Assembly: GCA_030390025.1 (NCBI GenBank)
Contig: CM059432.1
Span: 128,218,001 to 128,282,000, forward strand
Reading direction: 5' to 3'
Length of the DNA: 64,000 nt
Source: Squalus acanthias
Taxonomy: Eukaryota
Below are positions 52,026 through 64,000 of this stretch, piece by piece. A model generated the notes under the pieces. That model was given only the letters and a program-made list of their open reading frames with translations, had not been told where the DNA came from and ran no database searches. Positions within the stretch are counted from its first letter, which is position 1. Each line of letters opens with the position of its first letter. The translations under genes and the position numbers were made by a program.

Positions 52026-53887
52026 AGTAATCAGGGTTAATGTTGCAAACAGCACCTCCAGGACATGAACAGATATAGATGGCAGACCTTGAATTTGTCA
52101 AGGTACAGCTATGGAATACTATGCACAAGGTAGATGGTCCAAGTATAGGAGTTGCCCTTCAATTTGCTACATATTTACTGCTGGCCTATGCATCTTTCAG
52201 TGTTTGCCATGCATGCCCATACTCTAGCAGGGCACACATTCAAGCTGCAAATTACAACTGCAATCATTAGCACACTGACATTGTACAACTGCTTCACAGT
52301 AAATCATTGCAACACAACCTAGCTCCACGGTGTATGTGTTGCAAATTGGGTAGATGTTTCATTATGTGCTCCTTCAACTTGCATCAAGATTGCTTCAACA
52401 AGTAATACAAGGGTACAGACCCAAACTTAAGGGGGGCAGAAATCAAGCCTTTGACTCCCTGGGAAACCACCCTTGTCATCTTTGACTTAACATAGGATTA
52501 AGGGAAGTGAAGCCAGAAGTCTTCAAGCTATGGGCTAGTACCAACCTGCGGTTATGTCTTGGCTTCAAGGCATACACAAGCATCAGACAATGTCTTGTAA
52601 TGCAAAAGATGTGTTGTGGAGCCAGCATTCTAACATATTTCTCTTCTGTCACTCTAGGCCTAGAACAGCAGTCTGCAGGCAGCCCAGCACAAGAAAGCAG
52701 CACAATGCACCCACATCCCCCCATGAAAATGGACAGGAAAAAAGTTGGTCCATCACACCTATTCCCATATGGTCATGGTGCCCTCCCACCAGCCAGCCTT
52801 CTGAGAGAAACAAAAATCCTAGACCAACTTGGTGAGGGGAACCAGATTCCTCTGACCCCCAAAGGCAATGAAATGTTACAGGTGACCATAGTGATTGGAA
52901 GACATCCCCCAGTACCTCACTTACCTTTTACCTATATAGTGAGGAAGTTATCCAGCTCCCTTCTGAACATTTACAGCAAATCCCCACTCCAGCTGGCACC
53001 TTTTTCCAAATGTCAACTCAATAGTAGTATCTGCTGACATCTAGCCTGGTTCTAGGATTATGAAACTTACTCATCTCCCCATTACCCAATTGACTTGCCA
53101 AACAGCTTGAAGATAATCAGCATCATTGGAGAGAACAGAATCAGTTTGAGTGTACCCTTCAGAACTGAAAAAGAAATGGATAAGATCAAAAAAGGAATGT
53201 TAAAACAAAAATGAAGTACAAGAATGATGCAACAGACCAGTCAAAAAGCACTGAATAAAACAAAGATCAGGCATTAAATTAAAACAGGTTTCTAAAGAGT
53301 ATGATATAGTTAAAGTTTGAAGTTACTGAAAATGATCAGACTAGAGGGTTGCCAGGTGCCAAACAAATAAGCTATTGTTCCTGAAGCTCATGTAGCAGGG
53401 TCTCCAAGACTTTTCAGTGCCACATCCATTCACTGCTTCAACGGTCCTATCTACATATGTACTAGGCAGTGGCTCAATACATCTTCACCAGGTATGCCCT
53501 CCATACTAAATCAGCTACCATGGATTCCCAATCTTAGATCTGCAGGCATATCTGCACTGGCCACAGTTGCAATAATGTGCAAGCAAATTTAAACTCCTGA
53601 CAAGCAAGTATGGTCCTAGTGTATTTTTACCACTATGCTTTCCCTTGTACAAGATGACTTGCCCAGCTTGACCTACTACTCCTTCTAGGTGCCCCCCAGG
53701 CAAGCACAGAGATGATGGCTGATGGGTCTTACTGGGAACCTCTCACGATGGAAATGTTGTTCTGCCTCCTTGTCCTGGGTCACAGAATAGCCCTGCAATT
53801 GCTTCTGCCACATCCACTGATGGTGGATGGCTGGTCCTGTCTGCTTAAGAAAGTGGTGGGGATAGATGGGACAGTGTTGAGACACTG

Positions 53888-54617
53888 AGGGGGTGAACTT
53901 GGGTATCGCCCCATTTGGAGCACTAAATTTTGAAAGCTGAAAAAAAATTAGCGCCAGGCACTGATCTCAGCTTTTGGTAAATTCAGTGTTAGCACGCCAA
54001 GAAGGAAGCGGAGTGCTAAAATCAAGCACTACCACTTCCCTTCTGGAGCGCTAAACCAAGCAGGGGGCAGTAGAGGTACAGCGCTGCACAATGACCCCTG
54101 CAGCGCTGCTGGGATCAGAGGGCTCCTTCCCTCCCTTAAAGGGAAGGGCCATTGCTGCAGGCTTTGCATTTAAACAATCTCCATCGTCGCCGACGGCAGC
54201 CGGGATCTTCGACAAGCAGACCCAAGCACGAGTGCAGGGCTGATCAATCGCGCCATTTAAAACATTTCAAAATGCACCCTAAAAGGAAACATTTCTACTG
54301 AAGACCAGTGGCCTTACTTTAATTAGCACTCCCGAAGTGCCCGGCCTCCCAAACAACACCTCCTGCAGCTGTCGGTGTTATCAGCCGACGATGCTGCAGG
54401 GGGAGGAACTGAATTTCAGGTCCGGGGCGCTATGCAGCTGGATGACGTCATGATCTCCGGGCGCAGGAGAGAATGGCGCTAGGGGTTAATGCTGCCGCAA
54501 ACCACCAGGTGAATTTCGTGGGCGGCGGTACTATTGCTGCGTCTGGGCAGCAAGTCATTAACGCCCCATTATTGCCCCCCCCCAACAGAGGCACAAAGGA
54601 GGCAAATTTCTAGCCCT
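53888..54617. mobile_element. GC-rich probable non-autonomous DNA transposon (Harbinger-like MITE)
   Basis: Sharp GC/CpG-rich island with weak terminal symmetry (AGGGGGTGAACTT / AAATTTCTAGCCCT) and internal palindromes (CCCTTAAAGGG, TGCAGCGCTGC). Confidence 0.35.
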
Positions 54618-54985
54618 ATCGGGAGTCTTTTTCAAGTTACTAAATTGTCCCGTATTGCTGTATTTTCCAATTCCATAGTCAAATCTTCCAGCTACTAATC
54701 TAGGAGTACAAAGGGCAAGAACGATCTATAGCTCATTTTCTTAAACTGCCTCCTTAAAACTTTGCCATCACCCCCACCACGAGTGCCCAAACCTCTAAAA
54801 AAAAAAGTGTTTGTAGCACATACTAATTGGATTATGCACTATAGCTGGGCATATGAATGAGCAGTAACATTTTCAAGACTGAAGAGGTTTAAATGAATCC
54901 AATGTGCCAAATTGCAGTCCTCAAAGTTTGCAAGAATGATGTGAATTAAGACAACTTTAACCACTACACATCACATGCACAAGAG

Positions 54986-54991
54986 TTTATT
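54986..54991 (-). promoter_or_regulatory. Candidate polyadenylation signal (AATAAA) of the eEF1A-like gene
   Basis: TTTATT on + about 150 nt downstream of the stop codon, followed on - by GT-rich sequence (TGTGCATGTGATGTGT). Confidence 0.65.
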
Positions 54992-55142
54992 ATTGGTTGT
55001 AGCAGACAAGGGGGTGGCGGGGGAGAGAAATACAGGACACTTGAACTTCAGTGCCAAAAACAGCTTATTGTACTGAATTATAAACTCAAATCATTTCCAA
55101 AATAAAAGGATTTGCTACTTCTGTTTGATTTCAAGTGCCAAA

Positions 55143-55255
55143 TTACAATACTTTAACCGGCTTCTGCATCAGCTTCTTAGCACTTGACGTTTTATCCACA
55201 GATTTAATTACCCCCACAGCAACAGTCTGCTTTAAATCACGGGCAGCAAAGCGAC
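55143..55255 (-). CDS. 42Sp50: eEF1A paralogue (42Sp50-like), terminal exon (GRFAARDLKQTVAVGVIKSVDKTSSAKKLMQKPVKVL*)
   Basis: cacag|GT CGC...TTG TAA; the phase matches the preceding exon. RFAARDLKQTVAVG differs from canonical RFAVRDMRQTVAVG and matches my recollection of Xenopus 42Sp50. Missed by the ORF track. Confidence 0.85.
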
Positions 55256-55398
55256 CTGTGGAAAAAGAAATTGGATTGAGTCAGTATATTTAAAAAGGAG
55301 ACTCTGCCAAGGCCTTTAGAATGCATTGGTTGCACCACACTCCATTTCAAGACTATGTAATAGGCCGAGGGGGGGAGGAAGAACAAAGAGCTGTGCAA

Positions 55399-55829
55399 AG
55401 AGATTTGCATTTATCTGGCGCCTTTCACGACCTCAGGACATCCCAAAGCACTTTACAGCAAATGAAGTACTTTTGCAGTGTAGTCACGGAAACATGGCAG
55501 CCATTTGCACACAGCAAGGTCCTACAAATAGCAATGTGATAATGAACAGATAATCTGTTTTAGGTGATGTTGGTTGAGGGATAAATATTGACCAGGACAC
55601 CAGGGAAAACTCACTCTTCTTCAAAATAGTGCCATGGGATTTACACGAACCCAAGGAGGGCAGACAGAGACTTGGTTTAACATCTCATCTGAAAGACAGC
55701 ACCTTTGTCAGCACAGCACTCCCTCAGTACTGAACTGGAGTATCAGCCTAGATTTTGTGCTCAAGTTACTGGAGTGGGACTTGAACCCACAACCTCCCGA
55801 CTCAGGCAGAGTGCTACCACTGACCCACA
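55399..55829 (-). mobile_element. tRNA-headed SINE with L2-type tail (same family as 10499-10924)
   Basis: Collinear match to 10499-10924, including GTGGGACTTGAACCCACAACC (B box). Confidence 0.85.
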
Positions 55830-55914
55830 GTTGACGCTTTATTGGCCTGTATTTTGAGGGAAGAATAATGGTGAGGTCATCAGTGGAATGCTCTGCACAG
55901 TGATCTTAATCAGA

Positions 55915-56998
55915 GTGCACAGACAGAAAACAGAGTTGGGGTGAAGGGTAGCTATTCAGAGTGGTAGAAGGTGGAAAGTGGGGTCCCACAAGGATCAGTG
56001 CTGGAACCATTGTTCACAATTTATATGAATGATTTAGACAGGAATCAAAAGCAATTTCTAAGTGCAGATGACACCAATTTTTTTTTGGTGGGAGGCAATA
56101 CTGAGGAGGACTGCAACAAATTACAAGATGACATTAATAAACTTGCAGAATGGGCATATAATTGGCAAATGAATTTCAACACGAGAGGTATTCCACTTTG
56201 GGAAGAAAAGTCATTACTTGGAAAAGAAGAATCTAAATGGGGTCGAAGAACAAAGGGATCAGAGTACAAATACACAAATCACAAACTAGCAATGCAGGTT
56301 AATAAGGCTATAAAGTGAACTAAGCACCAGGGTTTATTTCTAGAGTGATAAAATTGAAAAGTACAGAAGTTGTGTTAAACTTGTATCAAACCTTTGTGAG
56401 ACCACACTTGGAGTACTATGTACAATTCTGGGTGCCATTATTATAAAAAAGGTTGTAGGGGCACTGGAGAGGGTGTAAAAGAGATTTACAAGGATACCAG
56501 GTATAACCTCATATTTCTGGTATCCATCAGGAAAAAATGAACATGCTGGGTCTCTTGGAAAGAGAAAGCAGAGGGGTGGCTTAAAGAGTAGACAGTGTTT
56601 CCACATGTGTGGAAGAGCAAAACTAGAGGCCATCAATACAAAATTGTCACCAAGAAATCAAATAGGGAATTCAGAAGAAACTTCTTTACCCAGAGAGTGG
56701 TAAGAATGTGGAACTCGCTACTGCAGGGAGTGGTTGAAGTGGATAGTATAGATGCATTTAAGGGGAGGCTAGATAAGCATGAGGGAGAAGGGTATAGAGG
56801 GTTATGCTGATCGAGTTAGATGAGGATAGTATAGATGCATTTAAGGGGAGGCTAGATAAGCATGAGGGAGAAGGGTAGAGAGGGTTATGCTGATCGAGTT
56901 AGATGAGGAAAGACAGGAGGAGGCTTGAGTGGAGCATAAACGCCAGCATAGACTGGTTGGGCCAAATGGCCTGTTTCTCTGCTGCACATACTATGTAA
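55915..56998 (+). mobile_element. CR1 LINE 3' part, degenerate, with an 83-bp tandem duplication
   Basis: [22 protein letters not shown] and FFTQRVV motifs; 56741-56823 is duplicated at 56824-56906. Confidence 0.88.
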
Positions 56999-57014
56999 TC
57001 CATGCTCTCAGTTG

Positions 57015-57675
57015 AGTAAATTGGACAGCAACTTCCAGTGTCGCCAATGCGTAGCTGAATGCGGAAAGAAATCAGGAAGTTGCTGTCAGTTGCCCTGCGA
57101 CTCCACAAGCTTCGCTACACCAGTAGCTCGCTAAGAGACTCCGCATTCACATACATACAATGGCATGAAGTTGGGGTACATACCCACTGAATAAACTACA
57201 AAAAATTAGGGCTTGTCCATTCACATGCAAGTGAATTTTTAACAGCATGGTAAGTCTTAATTACTGCCAAACAACCATTCTGGCACCGAATTTACTTTTA
57301 GAAGTGTGGAGTTTTTAAATTGGAGATTTTAAAAATTACTGTCTCTTCTCAATCCCATTCTTCCCCACCCCCACTTCATTTTGCTTTCTGTACATGATTT
57401 TTATGTTGAATTAAATATTTTAATTTACACTTCCTGAATTAAATAGTCTAAACCAGGAAGTGTAAGTTAGAATGTGTCTCAGTAAGGATTCTTCAGATTG
57501 GCTGAGGAGCCACACCGTTCCTTGCTCTGTTCACAGGTCCCAGATCCCCTGTAGAGAGTGTCACGCTGTTTCAGCTCTCGAATTACTGCATCGCACTGTA
57601 AAAACCCACAAAGTTTGTAGGCAGTGCAAGTGCAATGAACGGAGCAGTTCATTCACCAGAGCATTATGAAATTCT
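57015..57675. mobile_element. Partial MITE related to family A
   Basis: TAAATTGGACAGCAACTT...GAAGTTGCTGTC hairpin as in 2123-2195; AACCAGGAAGT and GATTGGCTG motifs shared with the family. Confidence 0.5.
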
Positions 57676-57744
57676 CCTATTTGCTTGTTTAAGGGTTCTA
57701 TGCAGAGAGTTTGGGTAACCTCACTCCAGTTCAAAAATGTTTAG

Positions 57745-58697
57745 TTTTTTTTTAATATTCGTTCATGGGATGTGGCCATCGCTGGCAAGGCCAGCATTTA
57801 TTGCCCTTCCCTAGTTGCCCTTAAGGTGGTGGTGAGCCACCTTCTTGAACCTCTGCAGACCGTGTGGTGAAAGTTCTCCCACAGTGCTGTTAGGGAGAGA
57901 GGTTCCAGGATTTTGACCCAGCAACAATGAACAAACAGCAATATACTTCCAAGTCAGGATGGTGTGTGACTCAGAGTTGGTGGTGTTTCCATGCACCCGC
58001 TATTTGGTAGAGGTCACAGGTTTGGGAGATGCTGCCGAAGAAGCCTTGGCGAGTTGCTGCAGTGCATCTTGTAGATAGTGCACACTGCAGCCATGGTATG
58101 CCAGTCGTAGAGGGGGTGAATATTTAAGGTGGTGGATGAGGTGCCAATCAAGCAGGCTGCTTTGTCTTGAATAGTGTCGAGCTTCTTGTGTTGTTGGAGC
58201 TACACTCATCCAGGCAAGTGGAGAGTATTCCATCACACTCATGACTTGTGCCTTGTAGATGGCGGAAAGGCTTTGGGGAGTCAGGAGGCGAGACACTTGC
58301 CGCAGAATACCCACCCTCTGACCTGCTCTTACTGCCGCAGTATTTAGGTTTCTGGTCAATGGTGACCCCTCCAGGATATTGATGGTGGGGGGGATTCAGC
58401 GATGGTAATGCTGTTGAATGTCAAGAGGCGGTGGTTAGATGCTCGCTTGTTGCAGATAGTCATTGCCTGGCACAAATGTTATCTGTCACTTATCAGCCCA
58501 AGCCTGAATGTCGTCCAGGTCTTGTTGCATGCAGGCATGGACTGCTTCATTATCTGAGGAGTTGTGAATGGCACTGAACACTGCAGTCATCAGCGATCAT
58601 CCCCATTTCTGACCTTATGATAGAGGGAAGGTCATTGATGAAGCAGCTGAAGATGGTTGGGCCTAGGACACTCCCCTGAGGAACTCCTGCAGCGATC
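57745..58697 (-). mobile_element. LINE family B 3' part
   Basis: Reverse complement of 44295-45246 ([36 protein letters not shown]), with poly(T) at 57745. Confidence 0.9.
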
Positions 58698-59997
58698 CAT
58701 AGTGCAAAACTGTGCAATTCAGTACTGCACTCAGACAAGCCTGATTATCCTTAAGTTTCTGCTAATTTGACTATGAAAATGTGTGTAAATTTAGAAGATA
58801 CATCAGTTTAGAATAATCAAAAAGGTAATGGTTATGATGAGAGCTTATTACACGAGTGAATGGTCTTGTCCAACTTTTGTCAGTATTTGTATACTGCACT
58901 ATTTAGTAATAGAACCATCACCAAGTGGATAACCCTGACATACCTTAGAAAAAGTGGCAAAGTTTACTAGTCTGCCTTTAACAGTCAAGTGCTGCAAACC
59001 AATTCCATGTAGCAGACTGGCAATGACTTAATTCCATCTTGTGTAAGAATCAGTTTGTACAAACTGAACAAGCATAATTTGTTGAGCCACACAACTTCAG
59101 GATAGAATATTTGAACAATCTGGATGTGATAAAACTTTAGGTTTACAGTAAAGGGATAAGTATTCAGATTGACTGTGGGAAGTGGAATTTCCCCTTTGGA
59201 AATGTGAGGCCAATTCCCCCCCCCCCCCCCCCCCCCCCCCCCCATTGGACTTTAAAAGAAATGGTACAAGTTTGGAACCCGTCCTCAAGAGTCTAGCAGC
59301 TTCTGGTTAAGAATCCAAGTAAAACAAAGAGAAGTTGAATTCAGTACTCCATTTCAGCAAGAGCTAGTTGTGGAGCAGAGTTAAATACCTGCTAGTCAGT
59401 TATGTTGAGCATACATGGATTCACTTTCAAGCATAAAACCCTCCAATCCTTAGTGCAATTGTTGAACTATTCAGATTTGACACTACTCAAAACAAGTCCT
59501 TCAGGAGAGGAGAAAGGGAAGGTATATAGGCATCAGCTACCCTGAAAGTGTACATTTTTTTCCTAGGAGCTGGACAGCATGTGTGGCAGTCTGGTCTCCA
59601 TATGCTGTCCCAGCAATGGTTACATCAGGAACCTGGAACCATTTCCCCATTCCAACTCAGTCATGGAAGCCAGTTCCAGCAACCCAGATGCCACACCAGA
59701 CGACAGAAAAATCAATCAGAGACCATCTCAATTACACATCACTTAACGATCCATCATTCACCACCCCCACCCATGTTAATTTGGTTATTTTGCCCATTTC
59801 ATAACACTTAAACAAGTACTGAACCCAACAAGATTGTTATCCATGAGTACTGAACCAAAAAGGTTAGTTATCCAAACTAGTTTTTCTTCCTTTAAGTTGG
59901 GTACCAAACTATGCTACTGCAAAGCAATAGATAATGTTCAAGTGTGAAATTTACCAATGCCTATACACTTGAGGCAATGGAACTGTATGGTACTTAC

Positions 59998-60232
59998 CAA
60001 GAGATGGATATTCAAAGAAGGTTTCAACACACAGTGGTTTGATTGGGACAAATTCCACTGTGGCAGCATCTCCAGATTTCAAGACCATAGGATTATCCTC
60101 TAGCTTTTGCCCAGAACGTCGGTCAAGCCTTTCCTTCAGCTCAGAAAGCCTGCAAGTAATATGGGCAGTATGGCAGTCTACCACTGGAGAATAACCAACC
60201 TTGATATAACCTGGATGATTGAGGACAATTAT
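59998..60232 (-). CDS. 42Sp50: eEF1A paralogue (42Sp50-like) exon, domain III (IIVLNHPG...FFEYPSL)
   Basis: tgcag|ATA...CTT G|gtaagt; 235 nt; motifs NHPG, DCHTAHI, DRRSG and KSGDAA. Confidence 0.92.
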
Positions 60233-61187
60233 CTGCAAAGATGAAAATTTACAATTGGCATCATTTAAATGGGCACTTTTATTGTCCATTAATTTTGAAA
60301 CCACACATTTAGCCTGAATTGTTGAGGTCTCATGGAAGCACAGCAGTAATTTCTCTACAGTACATGTCATTCCCCAAATAGAACAGAAGCATGCAAGTCT
60401 ACTTTCAAAAAGCTTTATCCTCTCCCCACCACCACCCAAACCACCAGTTTGGCAGCTTGCACCAGATACTTGTCTAATGTGATTAAACAGACATGGTAGT
60501 ACAGGTAAGGCAACCAAATGTTCCTTCATCAAACCAATAAGTACCCAAGTCCTTTAATAAAGTCTGGCACTATACTTGTCATATGGCCTCCCACCATTAT
60601 GCCATCCTGTTTCCTCTTATGTAGCAGATGGCTCCATTTATCTTCCTCCACCCTACCTCAGCTTCTCCTGGGATCAGTCTTCTGCCAATCATTGATGATC
60701 TCTCAGTAGTTATCAGACTGCAGACCCTTGTTAAATCACAACCTCATGTATGCCATTTAAGGGCATGCCTAATCTCATGTTTTCAGGTCTTTTGCTAGTA
60801 AAGACAAGATACTCCTTTATTAAGCTATTCACAGCCCCCTTTGCTTCATTTTCTTAAGATTTTCTCAACTTAAGAGCTCAAATGCATCAAAACTTAAATA
60901 ATGGCTCTAACAACAAAAACTAGTAATCTAATATTTAACTCAGTTACAATCCCTCATCTCTAGTTTAGTAATATCAATGCTCGTGAACTTTCTCATCCCA
61001 GCCCCCCAAAAAGTTTCCTGGTTCCAAATGCACCATTGTAGTCTCAGTATTGAAATTAGCCAAGTCAGGCTGCTACTTTTTCCCCTCAACCTCAAATTGA
61101 AATTTAGATTTTATAAAAGTTCTAGTCCACCTTCCCCAAATCATAAATCTCTCATTTCGTTTTTCCAAAGATACTGCAATCACATAC

Positions 61188-61444
61188 CTGTGCAGTGAAA
61201 CGGTTGGTCTCAGTTGGTGGATCATTCCTGCAATTCCCAGCCACATTACCACGACGAATAGCCTTCACAGATACATTTTTAATGTTGAAACCCACATTGA
61301 AGCCAGGCAGAGCTTCAGCAACAGGTTCATGGTGCATCTCAATAGATTTCACTTCAGCTGTCAAGTTCACCGGAGCAAAGGTCACCATATTACCTAGCTT
61401 CAGGACTCCAGTTTCTACCCTTCCGACAGGAACTGTGCCAATGC
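61188..61444 (-). CDS. 42Sp50: eEF1A paralogue (42Sp50-like) exon, domain II ([13 protein letters not shown]...FTAQ)
   Basis: attag|GC ATT...CAG|gtatgt; 257 nt; motifs [26 protein letters not shown] and RRGNV. Confidence 0.93.
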
Positions 61445-61569
61445 CTAATAGGCAAAAAATTCTTCCATTTCAATTTTTTAATAGAATCAAAGTTAGAACA
61501 CTTGTCAGTAACATCTTTTGACTTGTGTTTTATCTGCAGTTTACATAGAAGATGTATACAACCAACACA

Positions 61570-61735
61570 AACCGATTATCTGTTCATTTTCACATTGCTG
61601 TTTGTGGGACTTGGTGTGCGCAAAGTGGCTGTCACGTTTCCTACATTACAAATGACTACACTTTAAAAAGAATACTTCTATTGGCTGTGATAATCTTCTG
61701 GGTCATCGAGGTTGCAAAAGGCGCTACATAAATGC
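61570..61735 (+). mobile_element. SINE 3' fragment (L2-type tail)
   Basis: GGCGCTACATAAATGC and ATGACTACACTT are reverse complements of the tail of the 10.5-kb SINE. Confidence 0.55.
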
Positions 61736-61737
61736 GC

Positions 61738-62956
61738 AGAGAAGCACGGAAGGTGGCCTGTCGAGCCTATGCTGGCTCTCTGCCAGAGCACTTCAGCTAA
61801 TCCCACTCCCTGCCCTTTCCTCATAGCCCTACAATTTTTTTTCCATCTTCAGGTACTTACCCAACTCCCTTTTGAAAGCAGTGATCGAGTCTGCCTCCAC
61901 CACCGTCAGGCATTGCATTCCACATCCTAACCACTCGCTGAGTAAAAAGGTTTTTCCTCATGTCGCCTTTGGTTCTTCTGCCAATCACCTTAAATCTGTG
62001 TCCTCTGGTTCTCGACCCTTCCGCCAATGGGAACAGTTTCTCTCGATCTACACCCCTCATGATTTTGAGCACCTATCAAATCTCAATCTTCTCTGCTCAG
62101 AGAACAACCCCAGCTTCTCCAGTCTATCAACATAACTGAAGTCCCATATTCCTGGAATCATTCTCATGAATCTTTTCTGCACCCTCTCCAAGGCCTTCAC
62201 ATCCTTCCTAGCATGCAGTGCCCAGAATTGGACAATCCTCTAATTGAGGCTGAACCAGTGTTCTATACAGGTTCATCATAATTGCCACACTTTTGTACTC
62301 TATACCTCTATTCATGAAGCCCAGGATCCCATAAGCTTTAACAGCTTCCTCAACCTGCCCTGCCACCTTCAACGATTTGTGCACATATACCCGCTAGGGG
62401 GTCTCTGTTCATGCACCCCCTTTAGTTTATATTTCCTCTCCTCGTTCTTCCTACCAAAGTGTATCACTTTGCACTTTTCTGCATTAAATTTCATCTGCCA
62501 CATGTCCACCCATTCCACCAGCCTGTCTATGTCCTCTTGAAGTCTATCTCACTCCTCCTCACTGTTCACTATACTTCCAAGTTTTGTCTCCTCTACAAAT
62601 TTTGAAATAAACCCTGTACACCCACATCCAAGTCATTAATGTATATCAAGAAAAGCAGTGGTTCTAGAACAGACCCCTGGGGAACACCACTGTATACCTT
62701 CCTCCAGTCTGAAAAACAACCGTTCACCACTACTCGGTTTCCTGTCACTTAGCCAATTTCGTATCTATGCTGCCACTGTCCCTTTTATTCCATGGACTTC
62801 AACTTTGCTGTCAAGCCTATTATGTGGCACTTTGTGGAACAGCTTTTGGAAATCCATGTACACCACATCACCCCTCTGTTACCTCATCAAAAAACTTGAT
62901 CAAGTTGGTTAAACACAATTTGCCTTTAACAAATCCGTGCTGGCTTTCCTTAATTA
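61738..62956 (-). mobile_element. CR1 LINE 3' part, intronic
   Basis: Reverse-complement homology to 9065-10300 ([31 protein letters not shown]). Confidence 0.92.
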
Positions 62957-63043
62957 TTAAAAAAATATTTAAGTTTTTGTTAACCTTTACTATTGAGTTA
63001 ATGTTTAAAGTCTGCATCCAGATTAAGTCTTGCACGAGTTTAC

Positions 63044-63194
63044 CTCCGATTTTGTAGACGTCCTGCAGAGGCAAACGCAGGGGTTTGTTAAAGGATCGGC
63101 CAGGAGGCAGGATCGAGTCCAGTACTTCCAGCAGCGTATGGCCACTCGTATACCCGTCTCTCCGTTTTATCTTCCACCCTTTGAACCAAGGCAT
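63044..63194 (-). CDS. 42Sp50: eEF1A paralogue (42Sp50-like) exon (MPWFKGW...[13 protein letters not shown])
   Basis: tgtag|ATG...GGA G|gtaaac; 151 nt; hallmark eEF1A motifs. Confidence 0.94.
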
Positions 63195-63561
63195 CTACAA
63201 ATAAATTAATGTAGGATTTCTTTTAAAACTTCTGGTTACAAAATAATTTAAAACCAACTGGGCTAATAAAAAATTGCAACAACCGTGGAGAAATGACCGC
63301 GCCAGACGCGAACATCCAAGTTTCTGGCACCTTATGGATCGTTTACAGTATAATGCTGGGAATCAAGAATTATACTGGATCTCGAGAAAGGAGAACAAGC
63401 AATCGCGCTACTTGGGCGGCTGTTGGATCAGGGCTCTCGGCTGATCTCATGTCAGATTCCGTTACCGTTGACTGAGAAAGCTCTTCCTTCGTGTAACCAA
63501 GGCAGGGTTTATTTGCTTAAATAGATTCCCACCATAGTTTAATTGAAGGCCAAGCACGTAC

Positions 63562-63858
63562 CTTGGGACTGGGAACCAGCATGTTCTCCCCATTCCATCC
63601 CGAGATGGGGACAAAAGGGACACTCGCCAAATCATAGCCGATCTTCCGGATATAAATAGTCACATTCTTCAACACCTCCTCGAACCTTCTCTGGCTGTAT
63701 GGCGGTTGAGTTACATCCATCTTATTGACGCAGACGAGGAGTTGTTTCACCCCGAGTGTGAAGGCTAGGAGGGCATGTTCCCGAGTCTGACCCGACCTAG
63801 AGATCCCAGCTTCAAACTCGCCCAGGGCGGCGGAGACAACCAGGAGAGCAACGTCAGC
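63562..63858 (-). CDS. 42Sp50: eEF1A paralogue (42Sp50-like) exon, G domain (ADVALLVV...NKMD...[10 protein letters not shown]); upstream exons lie beyond the window
   Basis: tacag|GCT...AAG|gtacgt; 297 nt; motifs [15 protein letters not shown]4 NKMD and G5 SGW. Confidence 0.94.
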
Positions 63859-64000
63859 CTGTAAAGTAGACATGGTGATGGGGTGCAAAATACAGACCAC
63901 TAGTTATTAAAATAAAACAAAGGGAATTAACACGCTGCCATACTATTGCAAGGTGCACTTTCGGGACAGGCGATAAGTACATTCAGTAAACTGGGACTCC

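Noticed and set aside
50407..52128. 573-aa ORF as a host gene or domesticated protein
   Set aside because: Explained as a fusion of two nested CR1 elements; the N-terminus is non-homologous flank.
59216..59243. Long poly(C)/poly(G) runs (also ~34570, ~17688-17712, ~19503-19526)
   Set aside because: Simple homopolymers whose lengths are unreliable in assemblies; no evidence of function.
55143..63858. eEF1A processed pseudogene, or canonical EEF1A1/EEF1A2
   Set aside because: Introns are present at conserved positions with an intact frame, and the sequence is too divergent at invariant sites for a canonical eEF1A.

Overview
Vertebrate genomic DNA, very probably from a cartilaginous fish (shark); this is inferred from the repeat families, not proven. 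The window holds the 3' ends of two convergent, intron-containing genes. On the + strand are the last five coding exons of ASAP1 (proline-rich region plus SH3, stop at 26652); its Pro-rich exon carries an expanded, near-perfect 16 x 27-nt coding minisatellite. On the - strand are the last five coding exons of a divergent eEF1A paralogue with 42Sp50 (thesaurin A)-like features (stop at 55143). The rest is mostly transposon-derived: several CR1 LINEs (one young copy nested in an older one), an L2 fragment, a second LINE family, tRNA-headed SINEs with L2-type tails, Harbinger relics and MITEs, a Penelope element with inverted pLTRs, a 14-bp TSD and hammerhead-like motifs, palindromic hammerhead-like mini-elements, and a 3.6-kb CpG/GA-rich minisatellite. 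The most interesting observations are a candidate -1 ribosomal frameshift site (U UUA AAC) at the CR1 ORF1/ORF2 junction, the hammerhead-like motifs, the 42Sp50-like gene and the ASAP1 repeat expansion. Exon coordinates were checked base by base; transposon boundaries are approximate unless a TIR or TSD is cited.
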